A stretch of 64,000 nt of DNA, from contig CACDUS010000006.1 of assembly GCA_902555945.1 (NCBI GenBank), positions 9,505 through 73,504 on the forward strand. Direction: 5' to 3'. How positions within the stretch are numbered: position 1 is the stretch's first letter; the number at the start of each line of letters is the position of its first letter. A model generated the notes under the pieces. The model was not told where the DNA came from, searched no databases, and saw only the letters and a list, made by a program, of their open reading frames with translations. The position numbers and the translations under genes are program-made. Of the stretch, positions 1 through 10,374 are shown piece by piece. The stretch comes from an uncultured Pelagibacteraceae bacterium (GTDB lineage Bacteria > Pseudomonadota > Alphaproteobacteria > Pelagibacterales > Pelagibacteraceae).

Positions 1-1246
1 TATGTTCTGAGTACAATGAGTCTATTACCGATGAAACGACAAGTTTATCAATAAATCTATTGTCTTTAGTCATTTTTGATGGAATGAAAGATAAAATCTT
101 TTTGAGTATATCGGGGCCGGTATTAAACAATATACCTTGAAGACAACCTTTGCCTCTTATTTCTTTTATATATTTTGGATACTTATCTTTTAATTTACTT
201 AAGTTTTCAAAAATTTTTTTACCTATAGTTTTTGCTTTATGAGGATAATTTTCTTCTACAGCTATATTAACAGCTTCCAAAGCAGTAACACTTTCTTCGC
301 CAAAAGCGTTATACGTCGTTGAATGAATAGTGCTGTCTGTCAAAACACCGTATGCTTTTTCAAATATTTTTTTAGTAGTTGTGTAACAAGATATTGAAGA
401 TTTTCCTCCTCCAAAAGATTTTGACATAGTTAAAATATCTGGAACTAAATCTTTGTATTGCATAAAATAAAAAAATTCACCAGTTTTTCCCCACCCTGTA
501 TAAATTTCATCGAATATCAAAATTATTTCATTATCTGAACAAATTGATCTCACTTCTCTTAGAAAATTTTCTGAACATTCTAATAAACTTGAAGCGCTAA
601 AGGGTTCGATTATAATTGCATAAATATCTGACTCACCATCTTTATTTTTATATTTTTCAATTTTATTCTTTAAATCTTCGATGTCGTTCCAATTGAATTG
701 CTCAGTATTTGTTAATCCTGGAAATTTAAATTTTACCTCAGGTGATGAGCTTATACTTCCTGTTCCTAATAATTTACCATGAAAAGAGATATTAGAGTGT
801 AAAATATATTTTCTTTTTCCATTATGATATTTATAGGCAAGTTTGATTGCCCCTTCATTTGCTTCAGCTCCTGAGTTTGGTAAATAAGATACATTTAAAT
901 CACCTGGTAAAATTTGTGATATATTGAAGCTTAAAGCTGCTAGATAAGGGCATAAAAAATTTTTATGTACCTCTACTTTATTTTGATTTTGAAAATTTAT
1001 TCTTGCATTTATTATTCTGTCATGATTGTGACCATGATTTAAAACTCCAAATCCTCCAGTAAAATCGTAAATTTTTTTTCCTTTTTTTGTATAAATATAA
1101 ATTCCCTTAGAGGTTTTTGCCAAGTCATTACCAAACTCAAAAGAGGACAATAATTTTATTTGACTAGAACTTACATGATTGTTGTATAAATCTTTTACTT
1201 TTTCTAGTGAAAAATTATCAATTTCTTCGGATTTAATTAGTTTCAT
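1..1246 (-). CDS. Class III PLP-dependent aminotransferase (ornithine/putrescine aminotransferase-like), 3'-truncated by the window edge
   Basis: Not in the ORF track. Manual translation from the ATG at 1246 gives MKLIKSEEIDNF...DFTGGFGVLNHGHNH...NSGAEANEGAIKLA...SFHGK...FDEIYTGWGKTG...DILTMSKSFGGG. These are class III motifs including the PLP lysine. The frame is open at the window edge. Confidence 0.9.
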   Translation of the reverse strand, partial: MKLIKSEEIDNFSLEKVKDLYNNHVSSSQIKLLSSFEFGNDLAKTSKGIYIYTKKGKKIYDFTGGFGVLNHGHNHDRIINARINFQNQNKVEVHKNFLCPYLAALSFNISQILPGDLNVSYLPNSGAEANEGAIKLAYKYHNGKRKYILHSNISFHGKLLGTGSISSSPEVKFKFPGLTNTEQFNWNDIEDLKNKIEKYKNKDGESDIYAIIIEPFSASSLLECSENFLREVRSICSDNEIILIFDEIYTGWGKTGEFFYFMQYKDLVPDILTMSKSFGGGKSSISCYTTTKKIFEKAYGVLTDSTIHSTTYNAFGEESVTALEAVNIAVEENYPHKAKTIGKKIFENLSKLKDKYPKYIKEIRGKGCLQGILFNTGPDILKKILSFIPSKMTKDNRFIDKLVVSSVIDSLYSEH

Positions 1247-1341
1247 TTATAAGTTAAGATGCATCCAAAATAACTCCTACACCTATATTAAAAAATTGTC
1301 TATTATATTCAATAAAAACTAATAAATTATAAATATAATAA

Positions 1342-1427
1342 TGGTGCGGCTAGAGAGACTCGAACTCTCATGGACTAAGTCCACACGGCCCTCAACCGTG
1401 CCTGTCTACCAATTTCAGCATAGCCGC
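1342..1427 (-). tRNA. tRNA-Leu(GAG), CCA encoded
   Basis: Reverse complement GCGGCTA...CACGG-TTGAGGG-CCGTG, long variable arm TGGAC-TTA-GTCCA, GAGAG-TTCGAGT-CTCTC, TAGCCGC-ACCA. Confidence 0.97.
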
Positions 1428-1483
1428 AAATATGACCCATATTAAATCAATGACAATTAGGTTTCAAATTGATAAATTTTAAT

Positions 1484-2473
1484 ATGGAATTTAATCAAGA
1501 AGTAAAAAAAGCTACTGATCCTATTTATCAAAAAATATCAAAGGTTGTGCCTGAGATTGAATGGTCAGTACATGCTCCTTACATTCACAAAATTAATAAA
1601 CTTAAAAAAGAAAAAAATGCAGTAATTCTTGCTCACAACTATCAAACGCCAGAAATCTATCATGGTATCGCTGATTTTTCAGCTGACTCTTTAGCACTTG
1701 CAGTTGAAGCTTCAAAAACATCAGCTGATATAATTGTAATGGCAGGAGTTCATTTTATGGCTGAGACTGCAAAATTAATGAGTCCAAATAAAAAAGTTTT
1801 ATTACCAGATATGGATGCTGGTTGTTCTTTATCTTCATCAATAACAGGTGAAGATGTAAGATTGCTGAAAGAAAAATATCCTGGAGTTCCTGTTGTTTCA
1901 TATGTTAACACATCTGCTGATGTAAAAGCTGAAACAGATGTATGTTGTACATCAGCTAATGCTGTAAAAATTGTAAAATCATTAGGTGTGAAAAAAGTAA
2001 TCTTCTTACCTGATGATTATTTAGCAAAATATGTTGCATCACAAATAGATGTTGAAATTATTTCATGGAAAGGAATTTGTATAGTTCATGATCAATTTAA
2101 TGAAAATGAAATAAATGATATAAGAAAAAATAATCCTGGAATAAAAATTATTGCTCACCCTGAATGTCCGCCAGAAGTTATAAAAGCTAGTGACTTTGCT
2201 GGTTCAACTTCAGGTATGATAAAATATGTCAAAGATAATCAGCCAAAAAAAGTTATGATGGTTACTGAATGTTCTATGAGTGATAATATTCAAATTGAAA
2301 ATCCAAATGTTGAATTTATCAAGCCATGTAATATGTGCCCACATATGAAAAAAATTACTTTACCAAAAATTCTTGATTGTCTAGAAAATGAAAATGGCGA
2401 AATAACTATGGACCAAAAAACTATAGATAAAGCTAGATTATCAGTGGAGAAAATGGTTGCTATTGGTAGATAA
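1484..2473 (+). CDS. nadA: Quinolinate synthase A
   Basis: ILAHNYQ, GVHFMAETAK, GCSL, YVNTSA, CIVH, AHPEC, CPHM motifs. ATG at 1484 chosen; the track starts at an upstream TTG (1469). Confidence 0.96.
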   Translation: MEFNQEVKKATDPIYQKISKVVPEIEWSVHAPYIHKINKLKKEKNAVILAHNYQTPEIYHGIADFSADSLALAVEASKTSADIIVMAGVHFMAETAKLMSPNKKVLLPDMDAGCSLSSSITGEDVRLLKEKYPGVPVVSYVNTSADVKAETDVCCTSANAVKIVKSLGVKKVIFLPDDYLAKYVASQIDVEIISWKGICIVHDQFNENEINDIRKNNPGIKIIAHPECPPEVIKASDFAGSTSGMIKYVKDNQPKKVMMVTECSMSDNIQIENPNVEFIKPCNMCPHMKKITLPKILDCLENENGEITMDQKTIDKARLSVEKMVAIGR

Positions 2474-2478
2474 TTTTT

Positions 2479-3315
2479 GTGTCTCAAATTAAATTAAGTA
2501 AAAATTTTATTAAAGATCGAGTTAAACTTGCTCTTACAGAAGATCTATACCCTTCTGGAGATATAACTTCTGGTTTAATAAAAGAAAATAAAATTATCAC
2601 AGCAAAATTAATTTCTAATCAAAAAGCTGTTGTTGCAGGTTTATTGTTTGCAAAACAAGCTTTTGCTCAAGTAGATAATAAACTTAAATTTATAATTAAA
2701 AAAAAGGATGGATGTTTAGTAAAAAAGAATTCTTTGATAGCAACAATAAAAGGTAAGGCAAACTCAATATTAATTGCTGAGAGAGTTGCCTTAAATTTCT
2801 TATCTCATATTTCAGGTATAGCTACTAAAACAAATCAGCTTGTAAGACTCGCAGGAACCAAATGTAAAATTTGTTGCACAAGAAAAACTATTCCAAATTA
2901 TAGAGTTATTCAAAAATATGCAGTTAAATTAGGTGGTGGAACAAATCATAGATTTAATTTAAGTGATGAATTTTTAATCAAAGACAACCATATTGCTAGC
3001 TCCAATATTAGAGAGCTTGTTATATTAGCAATTAAAAATAAGAAAGGAAAAAAAATTACTGTTGAAGTTGATAATATTAAACAGCTAAAAAAAATTATAG
3101 GACTGAAATTTAATAGAGTTTTATTTGATAATATGAGTATTAAAAATTTAAAAGCAGGAGTTAAGCTTGCAAAAAAATATTACGAAACTGAGGCATCAGG
3201 AAATATTAATTTAAAAAAAATAAAATCAGTTGCTGCAACTGGAGTAAATAGAATTTCTGTAGGTAGCATTACACATAGTGCTCCAGCTGTAGATTTTAAA
3301 TTAGAAATCAATTAA
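2479..3315 (+). CDS. nadC: Nicotinate-nucleotide diphosphorylase (quinolinate phosphoribosyltransferase)
   Basis: ERVALNFL, TRKT, HRFNL, LIKDNH, LFDNM, EASGNI, ISVGSITHS. Confidence 0.96.
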   Translation: MSQIKLSKNFIKDRVKLALTEDLYPSGDITSGLIKENKIITAKLISNQKAVVAGLLFAKQAFAQVDNKLKFIIKKKDGCLVKKNSLIATIKGKANSILIAERVALNFLSHISGIATKTNQLVRLAGTKCKICCTRKTIPNYRVIQKYAVKLGGGTNHRFNLSDEFLIKDNHIASSNIRELVILAIKNKKGKKITVEVDNIKQLKKIIGLKFNRVLFDNMSIKNLKAGVKLAKKYYETEASGNINLKKIKSVAATGVNRISVGSITHSAPAVDFKLEIN

Positions 3316-3679
3316 CAAACTTAGAAAGATCAGGCTTAAAGTAATTAGGACCTTTCATTACTTTTCCATGTTCATTATAAATTGGTTCTCCATTTTCATC
3401 TAATTTACTCATATTTGAATTTTGAACCTCTTCAAAACATTTATCAAGATTAATACCAAACGCATGTCCTGCTCCATAAGTAACATAAAGAATATCTGTT
3501 AATGCATCAGCAACCTCCAATAAATCTTTATTATTCATTGCCTCTGTTAGTTCAGTAAGTTCTTCTTTAATCAAATCAAGCCTTAGTTTGTTAATTTTAT
3601 CTGTACTAAATGAGGGTTTTGTTTTGACTTCTTGGCCAAAAGTTTTCATAAAAGTTCCTACTTTATCGAAATTTGTCAT
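3308..3679 (-). CDS. MazG-like / PRA-PH-like all-alpha NTP pyrophosphohydrolase (DR2231-type)
   Basis: [47 protein letters not shown]. Confidence 0.85.
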   Translation of the reverse strand: MTNFDKVGTFMKTFGQEVKTKPSFSTDKINKLRLDLIKEELTELTEAMNNKDLLEVADALTDILYVTYGAGHAFGINLDKCFEEVQNSNMSKLDENGEPIYNEHGKVMKGPNYFKPDLSKFVN

Positions 3680-3745
3680 TTTGCTCCTGTAAGTTTAAAT
3701 AAAAGTAATATATATCTATTGTATATACTTTTAAAAATATTATTC

Positions 3746-5134
3746 ATGAAATTAAGAAAAGAATTCGACAGCATTGGAAAAATCAGTGTTCCAGATGATA
3801 AATATTGGGGTGCATCAACTCAAAGATCAAAAAAATATTTTGATATCGGTGAGTTTTTAGTAAGACCGATTCTTATTAAATCTATTGCAATAATTAAAAA
3901 AGCAGCAGCCATAGTTCACAGAAAAGAAAAACAGATTTTACCAAATATCTCTAATGCAATTGTGAAAGCGTCAAACGAAGTAATAAGTGGTAAATTAAAT
4001 GAACATTTCCCATTAAAGGTTTGGCAAACAGGGTCTGGTACTCAAACAAATATGAATGTGAATGAAGTAATAGCTAATAGGGCTATTGAAATTCTTGGAG
4101 GAAAAAAAGGAACAAAAAAACCTGTTCATCCTAATGATCATGTAAATAAATCTCAATCTACAAATGATGTTTTTCCAACTGCAATGCATATCGCAATAGC
4201 ACTTGAAACTAAAAACAAATTATTACCATCATTAGAATTATTAAATAAAGAATTAAAGAAAAAAGTTTCTCAATTTAAAAATATAATAAAAGTTGGTAGA
4301 ACACATCTTCAAGATGCTACCCCCTTATCTTTAGGGCAGGAATTTTCAGGATATCAATCGCAAATGGAGGATTGCATTGGTAGGATTAAAAATGCTTTAA
4401 CAGAAATTTATTTTTTAGCCCAAGGAGGAACTGCTGTTGGAACAGGAATTAATAGTAAAAAAGGCTTTGACAAAAAGATAATTAATGAAATTAAAAAAAT
4501 TACTAAATTACCATTCAAACCAACAAAAAATAAATTTGCAGCACTAGCTGCACATGATGAAATAGTAAATTTTTCTGGAACATTAAATACCACAGCAGTT
4601 AGCTTAATGAAAATAGCTAATGACATAAGATTTTTAGGATCAGGACCTAGGGCTGGATATGGTGAAATTATATTACCTGCTAATGAACCTGGCTCTTCAA
4701 TTATGCCAGGTAAAGTAAATCCTACTCAATCAGAAGCAGTAACGATGGTATGTGTAAAAGTTATTGGTAATCACAATGGTATTACAATGGCAGGTTCACA
4801 TGGGCATTTTGAATTAAATGTTTTCAAACCATTAATTGCTCATAACATTTTGCAATCTATAGATTTATTAGCCGATAGTACTAAAAATTTTGCTTTATAC
4901 TGTGTAAAAGGAATTAAAGCAGATAAAATTAAAATTAAGAAACTTTTGGAGAACTCTTTGATGTTAGTTACAGCTTTAGCACCTCAAATTGGTTATGATA
5001 ATGCTGCTAAAATAGCTAAATCAGCACTAAAAAATGGAACTACATTAAAAGAAGAGGCTTTAAAAACAAAATTAATTAACGAAAAAGATTTTGATAAAAC
5101 TGTTGATCCAAAAAAAATGATTCATCCAGCATAA
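3746..5134 (+). CDS. fumC: Class II fumarate hydratase
   Basis: [46 protein letters not shown] signature. ATG at 3746 is the likely start. Confidence 0.97.
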   Translation: MKLRKEFDSIGKISVPDDKYWGASTQRSKKYFDIGEFLVRPILIKSIAIIKKAAAIVHRKEKQILPNISNAIVKASNEVISGKLNEHFPLKVWQTGSGTQTNMNVNEVIANRAIEILGGKKGTKKPVHPNDHVNKSQSTNDVFPTAMHIAIALETKNKLLPSLELLNKELKKKVSQFKNIIKVGRTHLQDATPLSLGQEFSGYQSQMEDCIGRIKNALTEIYFLAQGGTAVGTGINSKKGFDKKIINEIKKITKLPFKPTKNKFAALAAHDEIVNFSGTLNTTAVSLMKIANDIRFLGSGPRAGYGEIILPANEPGSSIMPGKVNPTQSEAVTMVCVKVIGNHNGITMAGSHGHFELNVFKPLIAHNILQSIDLLADSTKNFALYCVKGIKADKIKIKKLLENSLMLVTALAPQIGYDNAAKIAKSALKNGTTLKEEALKTKLINEKDFDKTVDPKKMIHPA

Positions 5135-6612
5135 GCATTAAAAAAATTGCTTACAAAATTTTTAAATGTAATTTTATTAAAAATTCTATTTTGAGATGAA
5201 TTAAAATTGTCCAAATATTTTTGAAGATTTTCGTTATCAACATTATCAACTTTAATATTATCAAAGCTAAATGTTTTTTTATCTACACTATATATAAAAT
5301 CAAATTCTATATTTTTTAATTGATTTCTATTATCTTTTTTCACCTGGAAAGATTTGTAGAAATTATCTAAATCTTTAAAATCAAGAATAGCTTTGCCAAT
5401 AAATTTAATTTCATTTTCATTGTAACTTAAAAAACTTTCTTTAAATGAAATCTTTAAATCTTTTTTCCACATTAAATTGGTGTCAGAAAAATTAATTTCC
5501 CCTTGCTCAATATCGATTTTCAAAAATAAATTATTTAACTCGTTAATATCAGTGATATCTTTTAGATTTAAAGTAATTTTAGCATTGAAATTTTTATTGC
5601 TAAGAATTTCAGTTTTAATGATGTCAACGAGAATAGAATCATCATTTATTAAATTTTTTGAACTCAAGCCTAAATATTTAAAATTAGCAACTAAGTAAAA
5701 AGGTTTAAATTCAATTATTCCTTGGTAAGAATTATTATCTTTTAAAGAAAAAAATTTTAATGAATTTTTACTTATTTCATAATCAAATGACGTATTCTTA
5801 TTTATAAATCTTATATTTAAATTTCCATTCTTTATTTCTTCATCATAATTAATTTGATTGTCTATGTTTAATCTTATTTTTTTTGAATTAAAATTCGTAA
5901 TTATATTTTTATTAAATTTATCGTTCTTAATAGAAATTTTAAATGGAAGATTAAAAATTTCATTTTTTGCATGAAGAACATTTAGTAAATTCTTTTGATC
6001 ATAAAAAAACTTACTATTACTTAACTTATTTATAAATAATACTTCTTCATCTTTATTTTCAAAAAAAATATTACTATTTTTGATTACAATTTTATTTTCA
6101 TTAGGTTCAATTTTTAAAAGTTTTTGAAAAAATGATAAATCTTTTAATTGAATATTAAAATCAGTTTCATTTAAAATTATATCTTTTATAAAAACTTCAT
6201 TAAATGAGAAAAATTTTTTGGGTGATATAAAAATTTTGATATTTCCAATATTAGCAATTTTTTTTTTATCTTTAATTATTGATGAATTTTTTGAAGCATA
6301 ATGTGGAGATGGTAATAATGAGTAATATATTTCTTCATTAAAATTTAAATCAATATTATATTTTTTTAAAATATGGGTCTTAATTTTTGCCTCAATTTGA
6401 GTTTTATTATTGAATGTAGGTATCAAAAAATAACTTAAAATAAGAATTAATGATATGCCGACACCTAAAACAACTTTACTATTAGTGTCAAATTTCTTTT
6501 TTTTTATATTTTTAATAAAAAGTGTTAAATTATTAAAATAGCTTTCTAATAAATCATTAATTAATAGAAATTGTCTCTTAATTTTTTTAGCAAATAAGTT
6601 ATCTTTACGCAT
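5122..6612 (-). CDS. AsmA-like envelope protein, single N-terminal TM helix
   Basis: Hydrophobic stretch [19 protein letters not shown] followed by an AsmA-N-like segment (...YYSLLPSPH...) and a long beta-rich K/N-rich body. Confidence 0.55.
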   Translation of the reverse strand: MRKDNLFAKKIKRQFLLINDLLESYFNNLTLFIKNIKKKKFDTNSKVVLGVGISLILILSYFLIPTFNNKTQIEAKIKTHILKKYNIDLNFNEEIYYSLLPSPHYASKNSSIIKDKKKIANIGNIKIFISPKKFFSFNEVFIKDIILNETDFNIQLKDLSFFQKLLKIEPNENKIVIKNSNIFFENKDEEVLFINKLSNSKFFYDQKNLLNVLHAKNEIFNLPFKISIKNDKFNKNIITNFNSKKIRLNIDNQINYDEEIKNGNLNIRFINKNTSFDYEISKNSLKFFSLKDNNSYQGIIEFKPFYLVANFKYLGLSSKNLINDDSILVDIIKTEILSNKNFNAKITLNLKDITDINELNNLFLKIDIEQGEINFSDTNLMWKKDLKISFKESFLSYNENEIKFIGKAILDFKDLDNFYKSFQVKKDNRNQLKNIEFDFIYSVDKKTFSFDNIKVDNVDNENLQKYLDNFNSSQNRIFNKITFKNFVSNFFNAYAG

Positions 6613-6646
6613 ATTAATTTGATCAACTTATATTAAATATATTAAA

Positions 6647-8680
6647 ATGGTAAACTCTGAATATTTAAAAAAACTTAATAATGCCCAAAAAGAAGCTGTT
6701 CAGCATCTTGATGGGCCTTTATTGATTGTTGCGGGAGCTGGATCAGGCAAAACAAAGGTACTTACAACTAGGATTGCTAATATAATTAAAGAAAAGAAAG
6801 CATTTCCTAATCAAATCTTAGCTGTAACATTTACCAATAAAGCGGCTAAAGAAATGCACTTGAGAGTTAGCAAAATCCTTGGTTCAGCAGCAACAAATCT
6901 TTCCTGGTTAGGAACTTTTCATTCTATTTGTGCAAAACTTTTAAGAAAACATGCGTCAGCAGTAAATTTGAACTCGAACTTTACGATAATAGACACTGAT
7001 GATCAAACAAGATTAATTAAAAATATTTGTAAGGCAGAAAATGTTGATATAAAGCAACTTTCTCCAAAATATATACTAGCAATTATTGATCGTTGGAAAA
7101 ATAAAGGTTTTTACCCAAATGAAGTAATCATCAATAGCAAAGATATTTATGAAAAAATTGTTTTACCAATTTATAAAATTTATCAACAAAAACTAATAGA
7201 CCTAAATTCATGTGATTTTGGTGATTTAATTTTACATACTGTTAAAATTTTAGAAAAAAATTCTGATATTAGAGAAATTTACTCAAAAAATTTTAAATAT
7301 ATTCTTGTAGACGAATATCAAGATACAAACTTTATTCAAAGCAAATGGTTAAATTTATTATCTGAAAAAAATAACAATATTTGTTGTGTTGGTGATGATG
7401 ATCAATCAATCTATAGCTGGAGAGGGGCAGAGATTAAAAATTTTTTAGAATTTGATCAAGTTTATAAAAATACTAAAGTTATAAGACTTGAACAAAATTA
7501 TAGATCTACACAAAATATACTTTCTGTAGCCTCAGATTTAATTTCTAATAACCAAAATAGAGTCGGAAAAACTTTAAATACTACTCGTGAAGAAGGTGAT
7601 GCTGTAAAACTTAATTGTTTTAAGAATGGCAAGGATGAAGCAATAGGTATTTCTGATGAAATTGAAAAAATAAAAAAAAACTTTAAACTAAATGATATTG
7701 CAATACTTGTAAGAGCAATATTTCAAACTAGAGAATTTGAAGAAAGATTTTTAAAAGTTGGAATACCTTATCGAATATTAGGTGGGACTAAATTTTATGA
7801 AAGAGCTGAAATTAAAGATTGTTTAGCTTATTTACGCCTTACCTACCAAGAAAAAGATGATTTAGCTTTTGAGAGAATAATCAATAATCCTAAAAGATCT
7901 ATTGGAGACAGCACATTAAAACTAATTCATGAATATTCAAAAAAAAATTCTCTATGTTTAGAAGTTTCGTCAAAAAAAATGATTCAAGACAATCTAATTA
8001 AACCTAAAGCGAAAATTGGATTAACTTCTTTTTTAGATTTGATGATTAAATGGAGAAATGATTTAAATATAAAAAAGATAAATCATGTTAAATTATTACA
8101 AATTATTTTAGATGAGTCTGGTTATTCTGCAATGTTAAAAAATAAAAAAGATATTGAAAATGAAAACAGATTGGAAAATATCAAAGAACTTTTAAGTGCT
8201 ATGAAAGAATTTGATAATTTAGAGAGTTTTTTAGAACATGTTTCTTTAGCAACTTCTATAGATCAAGATTGGGAAGGAGAAAAAGTAAATATGATGACGA
8301 TGCATGCAGCCAAAGGTTTAGAATTTGAAACTGTGTTTCTGCCAGGATGGGAAGAAGGTCTTTTTCCTCATCAAAAATCTATTGAGGAAAAAGGTCAAAA
8401 CGGTTTAGAAGAAGAAAGAAGACTTGCATATGTTGGGATAACACGGGCGAAGAAAAAAGCTATTATATCTTTTTCAATGAATAGATTTTACCAAGGGGAT
8501 TGGATAGATAGTATGGCTTCAAGATTTGTGGATGAATTACCAGAAAAATATATAGAAAAAAATTCTTTTTTTGACGAAACAAAAGATGAATTTGATGACT
8601 TTGAATTTAATCAAGATTTTGATGATAGTGACAACGTAAGAAGTCCTGGCTGGATAAGATACCAAAAAAGAATAAAATGA
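6647..8680 (+). CDS. uvrD: UvrD/PcrA superfamily 1 DNA helicase
   Basis: AGAGSGKT, TFTNKAA, LVDEYQDTN, VGDDDQSIYSWRGA, LEQNYRS, MTMHAAKGLEF, EERRLAYVGITRA. Confidence 0.96.
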   Translation: MVNSEYLKKLNNAQKEAVQHLDGPLLIVAGAGSGKTKVLTTRIANIIKEKKAFPNQILAVTFTNKAAKEMHLRVSKILGSAATNLSWLGTFHSICAKLLRKHASAVNLNSNFTIIDTDDQTRLIKNICKAENVDIKQLSPKYILAIIDRWKNKGFYPNEVIINSKDIYEKIVLPIYKIYQQKLIDLNSCDFGDLILHTVKILEKNSDIREIYSKNFKYILVDEYQDTNFIQSKWLNLLSEKNNNICCVGDDDQSIYSWRGAEIKNFLEFDQVYKNTKVIRLEQNYRSTQNILSVASDLISNNQNRVGKTLNTTREEGDAVKLNCFKNGKDEAIGISDEIEKIKKNFKLNDIAILVRAIFQTREFEERFLKVGIPYRILGGTKFYERAEIKDCLAYLRLTYQEKDDLAFERIINNPKRSIGDSTLKLIHEYSKKNSLCLEVSSKKMIQDNLIKPKAKIGLTSFLDLMIKWRNDLNIKKINHVKLLQIILDESGYSAMLKNKKDIENENRLENIKELLSAMKEFDNLESFLEHVSLATSIDQDWEGEKVNMMTMHAAKGLEFETVFLPGWEEGLFPHQKSIEEKGQNGLEEERRLAYVGITRAKKKAIISFSMNRFYQGDWIDSMASRFVDELPEKYIEKNSFFDETKDEFDDFEFNQDFDDSDNVRSPGWIRYQKRIK

Positions 8681-10374
8681 TTAGAAAGAGAATAGATCAA
8701 TTAAGAAAAAAATTTATAAATTTAAAAATAGATGGATATATAATCCCTAAAAATGATGAATTTTTTTCAGAATATTCAAAAAAAGATAGATTAAAATTTA
8801 TTTCAAATTTTAGTGGCTCTGCAGGTTATGCAATAATTTTAAAAAAAAAAAATTATTTATTTATAGACAGTAGATACACTATTCAAGCTGAGCTTGAGTC
8901 AAAAGATCAATTCAAAATTATAAAATTAGAGGATATTGTTAATTGTAAATTATTTAAAGATATAACCATAGGTTTTGATCCAAAACTTTTTACATCAAAC
9001 CAGATTTCAAATTTTTTTCTAAAATTTAATAAAGTCAAAAAAATTGATATTAATCTTATTGATATTCTAATGAAACAAAACTCATTTATATCAAAACCCT
9101 TTTTTTCTTTAAGTAAAAATATTGTAGGTCAAAGTCATTTAAATAAGATAAAAAAGGTATCAAATTTTCTTAAAAAGAATAATTCAGATTATCTTTTTGT
9201 AAGTGCACCTGAAAATGTTGCATGGATTTTAAATATTAGGGGTTTTGATAATCCAAATAGTCCAGTACCAAATTGTCGACTATTAATTAATAATAAAAAT
9301 AGATTTTTTTTAATTGCCGAAAAAAAAAAATTAAAAAAACTTATTAAAGAAAAAAAAATAATAAAAAAACAAATAATTGAACCAACAAACTTTGAGCATT
9401 TAATTGATAAAATAGATAAAGGTAAAATTATAATTGACAATAAAAGTTGCTCAATATTTTATGAAACCTTAATAGCTAAAAAATTTAAAATATTAAAAAA
9501 ACAGGACCCAATTTATTTTTATAAATCAATTAAGAATAAAATTGAGATTAAAAATATGATTCAAAGTCATATTTTTGATGGTGCTGCTTTAACAAAATTT
9601 TTATACTGGATAAAAAAAATAAATAAAAAAAAAATTACAGAATTTGAGGCACAAAAAAAGCTTGAGAGTTTTAGAAAACAGAATAAGAATTATTTATTTC
9701 CAAGTTTTAATACTATTGCTGGAACTGGTGCAAATGGTGCGATAGTTCATTACAAAGCAAATAAAAAAAACTCAAGAATAATAAACAAAAAAGATATTTT
9801 TTTATGTGACTCTGGTGGTCAATATAGTTATGGAACTACCGATGTAACTCGTACTATATGTTTTTCAACACCAAATAACTCTATAAAGAACATTTTTACG
9901 AGAGTCTTAAAAGGACACATAGCTGTCGCTAATGCAGATTTAAAAAAATATTTCACAGGAAAAATGATTGATGTTTTAGCAAGAAAAAGTTTAAAAGAAA
10001 AAAAGCTTGATTATGGACATGGAACTGGTCATGGAGTTGGTTTTTTTTTAAATGTTCATGAAGGCCCTCAAGCTATATCAAAATTAAATGAGGTAAAAAT
10101 TTGTGAGGGTATGATTTTAAGTAATGAACCAGGTTTTTATAAAAAAGGTTCATTTGGAATCAGGATTGAAAATCTTGTGTATGTTAAAAAAATAAAAAAT
10201 AGATTAAGTTTTAAAAATTTAACTTTAGCACCTATAGAAAAAGAACTAATCAATTTTAAACTTTTAAATTCAGAAGAGGAAAAGTATCTTTTTAAATACC
10301 ATTTCGAAGTTTATCAAAAAATTTCAAAGTTTTTAAATAAAAATGAGAAAAAGTGGTTAGCTAGCATTATCTAA
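8677..10374 (+). CDS. Xaa-Pro aminopeptidase (aminopeptidase P, M24B)
   Basis: SNFSGSAG, DSGGQY..GTTDVTRT, HGTGHGVGFFLNVHEGP, SNEPGFY, GIRIENL. Confidence 0.93.
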   Translation: MIRKRIDQLRKKFINLKIDGYIIPKNDEFFSEYSKKDRLKFISNFSGSAGYAIILKKKNYLFIDSRYTIQAELESKDQFKIIKLEDIVNCKLFKDITIGFDPKLFTSNQISNFFLKFNKVKKIDINLIDILMKQNSFISKPFFSLSKNIVGQSHLNKIKKVSNFLKKNNSDYLFVSAPENVAWILNIRGFDNPNSPVPNCRLLINNKNRFFLIAEKKKLKKLIKEKKIIKKQIIEPTNFEHLIDKIDKGKIIIDNKSCSIFYETLIAKKFKILKKQDPIYFYKSIKNKIEIKNMIQSHIFDGAALTKFLYWIKKINKKKITEFEAQKKLESFRKQNKNYLFPSFNTIAGTGANGAIVHYKANKKNSRIINKKDIFLCDSGGQYSYGTTDVTRTICFSTPNNSIKNIFTRVLKGHIAVANADLKKYFTGKMIDVLARKSLKEKKLDYGHGTGHGVGFFLNVHEGPQAISKLNEVKICEGMILSNEPGFYKKGSFGIRIENLVYVKKIKNRLSFKNLTLAPIEKELINFKLLNSEEEKYLFKYHFEVYQKISKFLNKNEKKWLASII

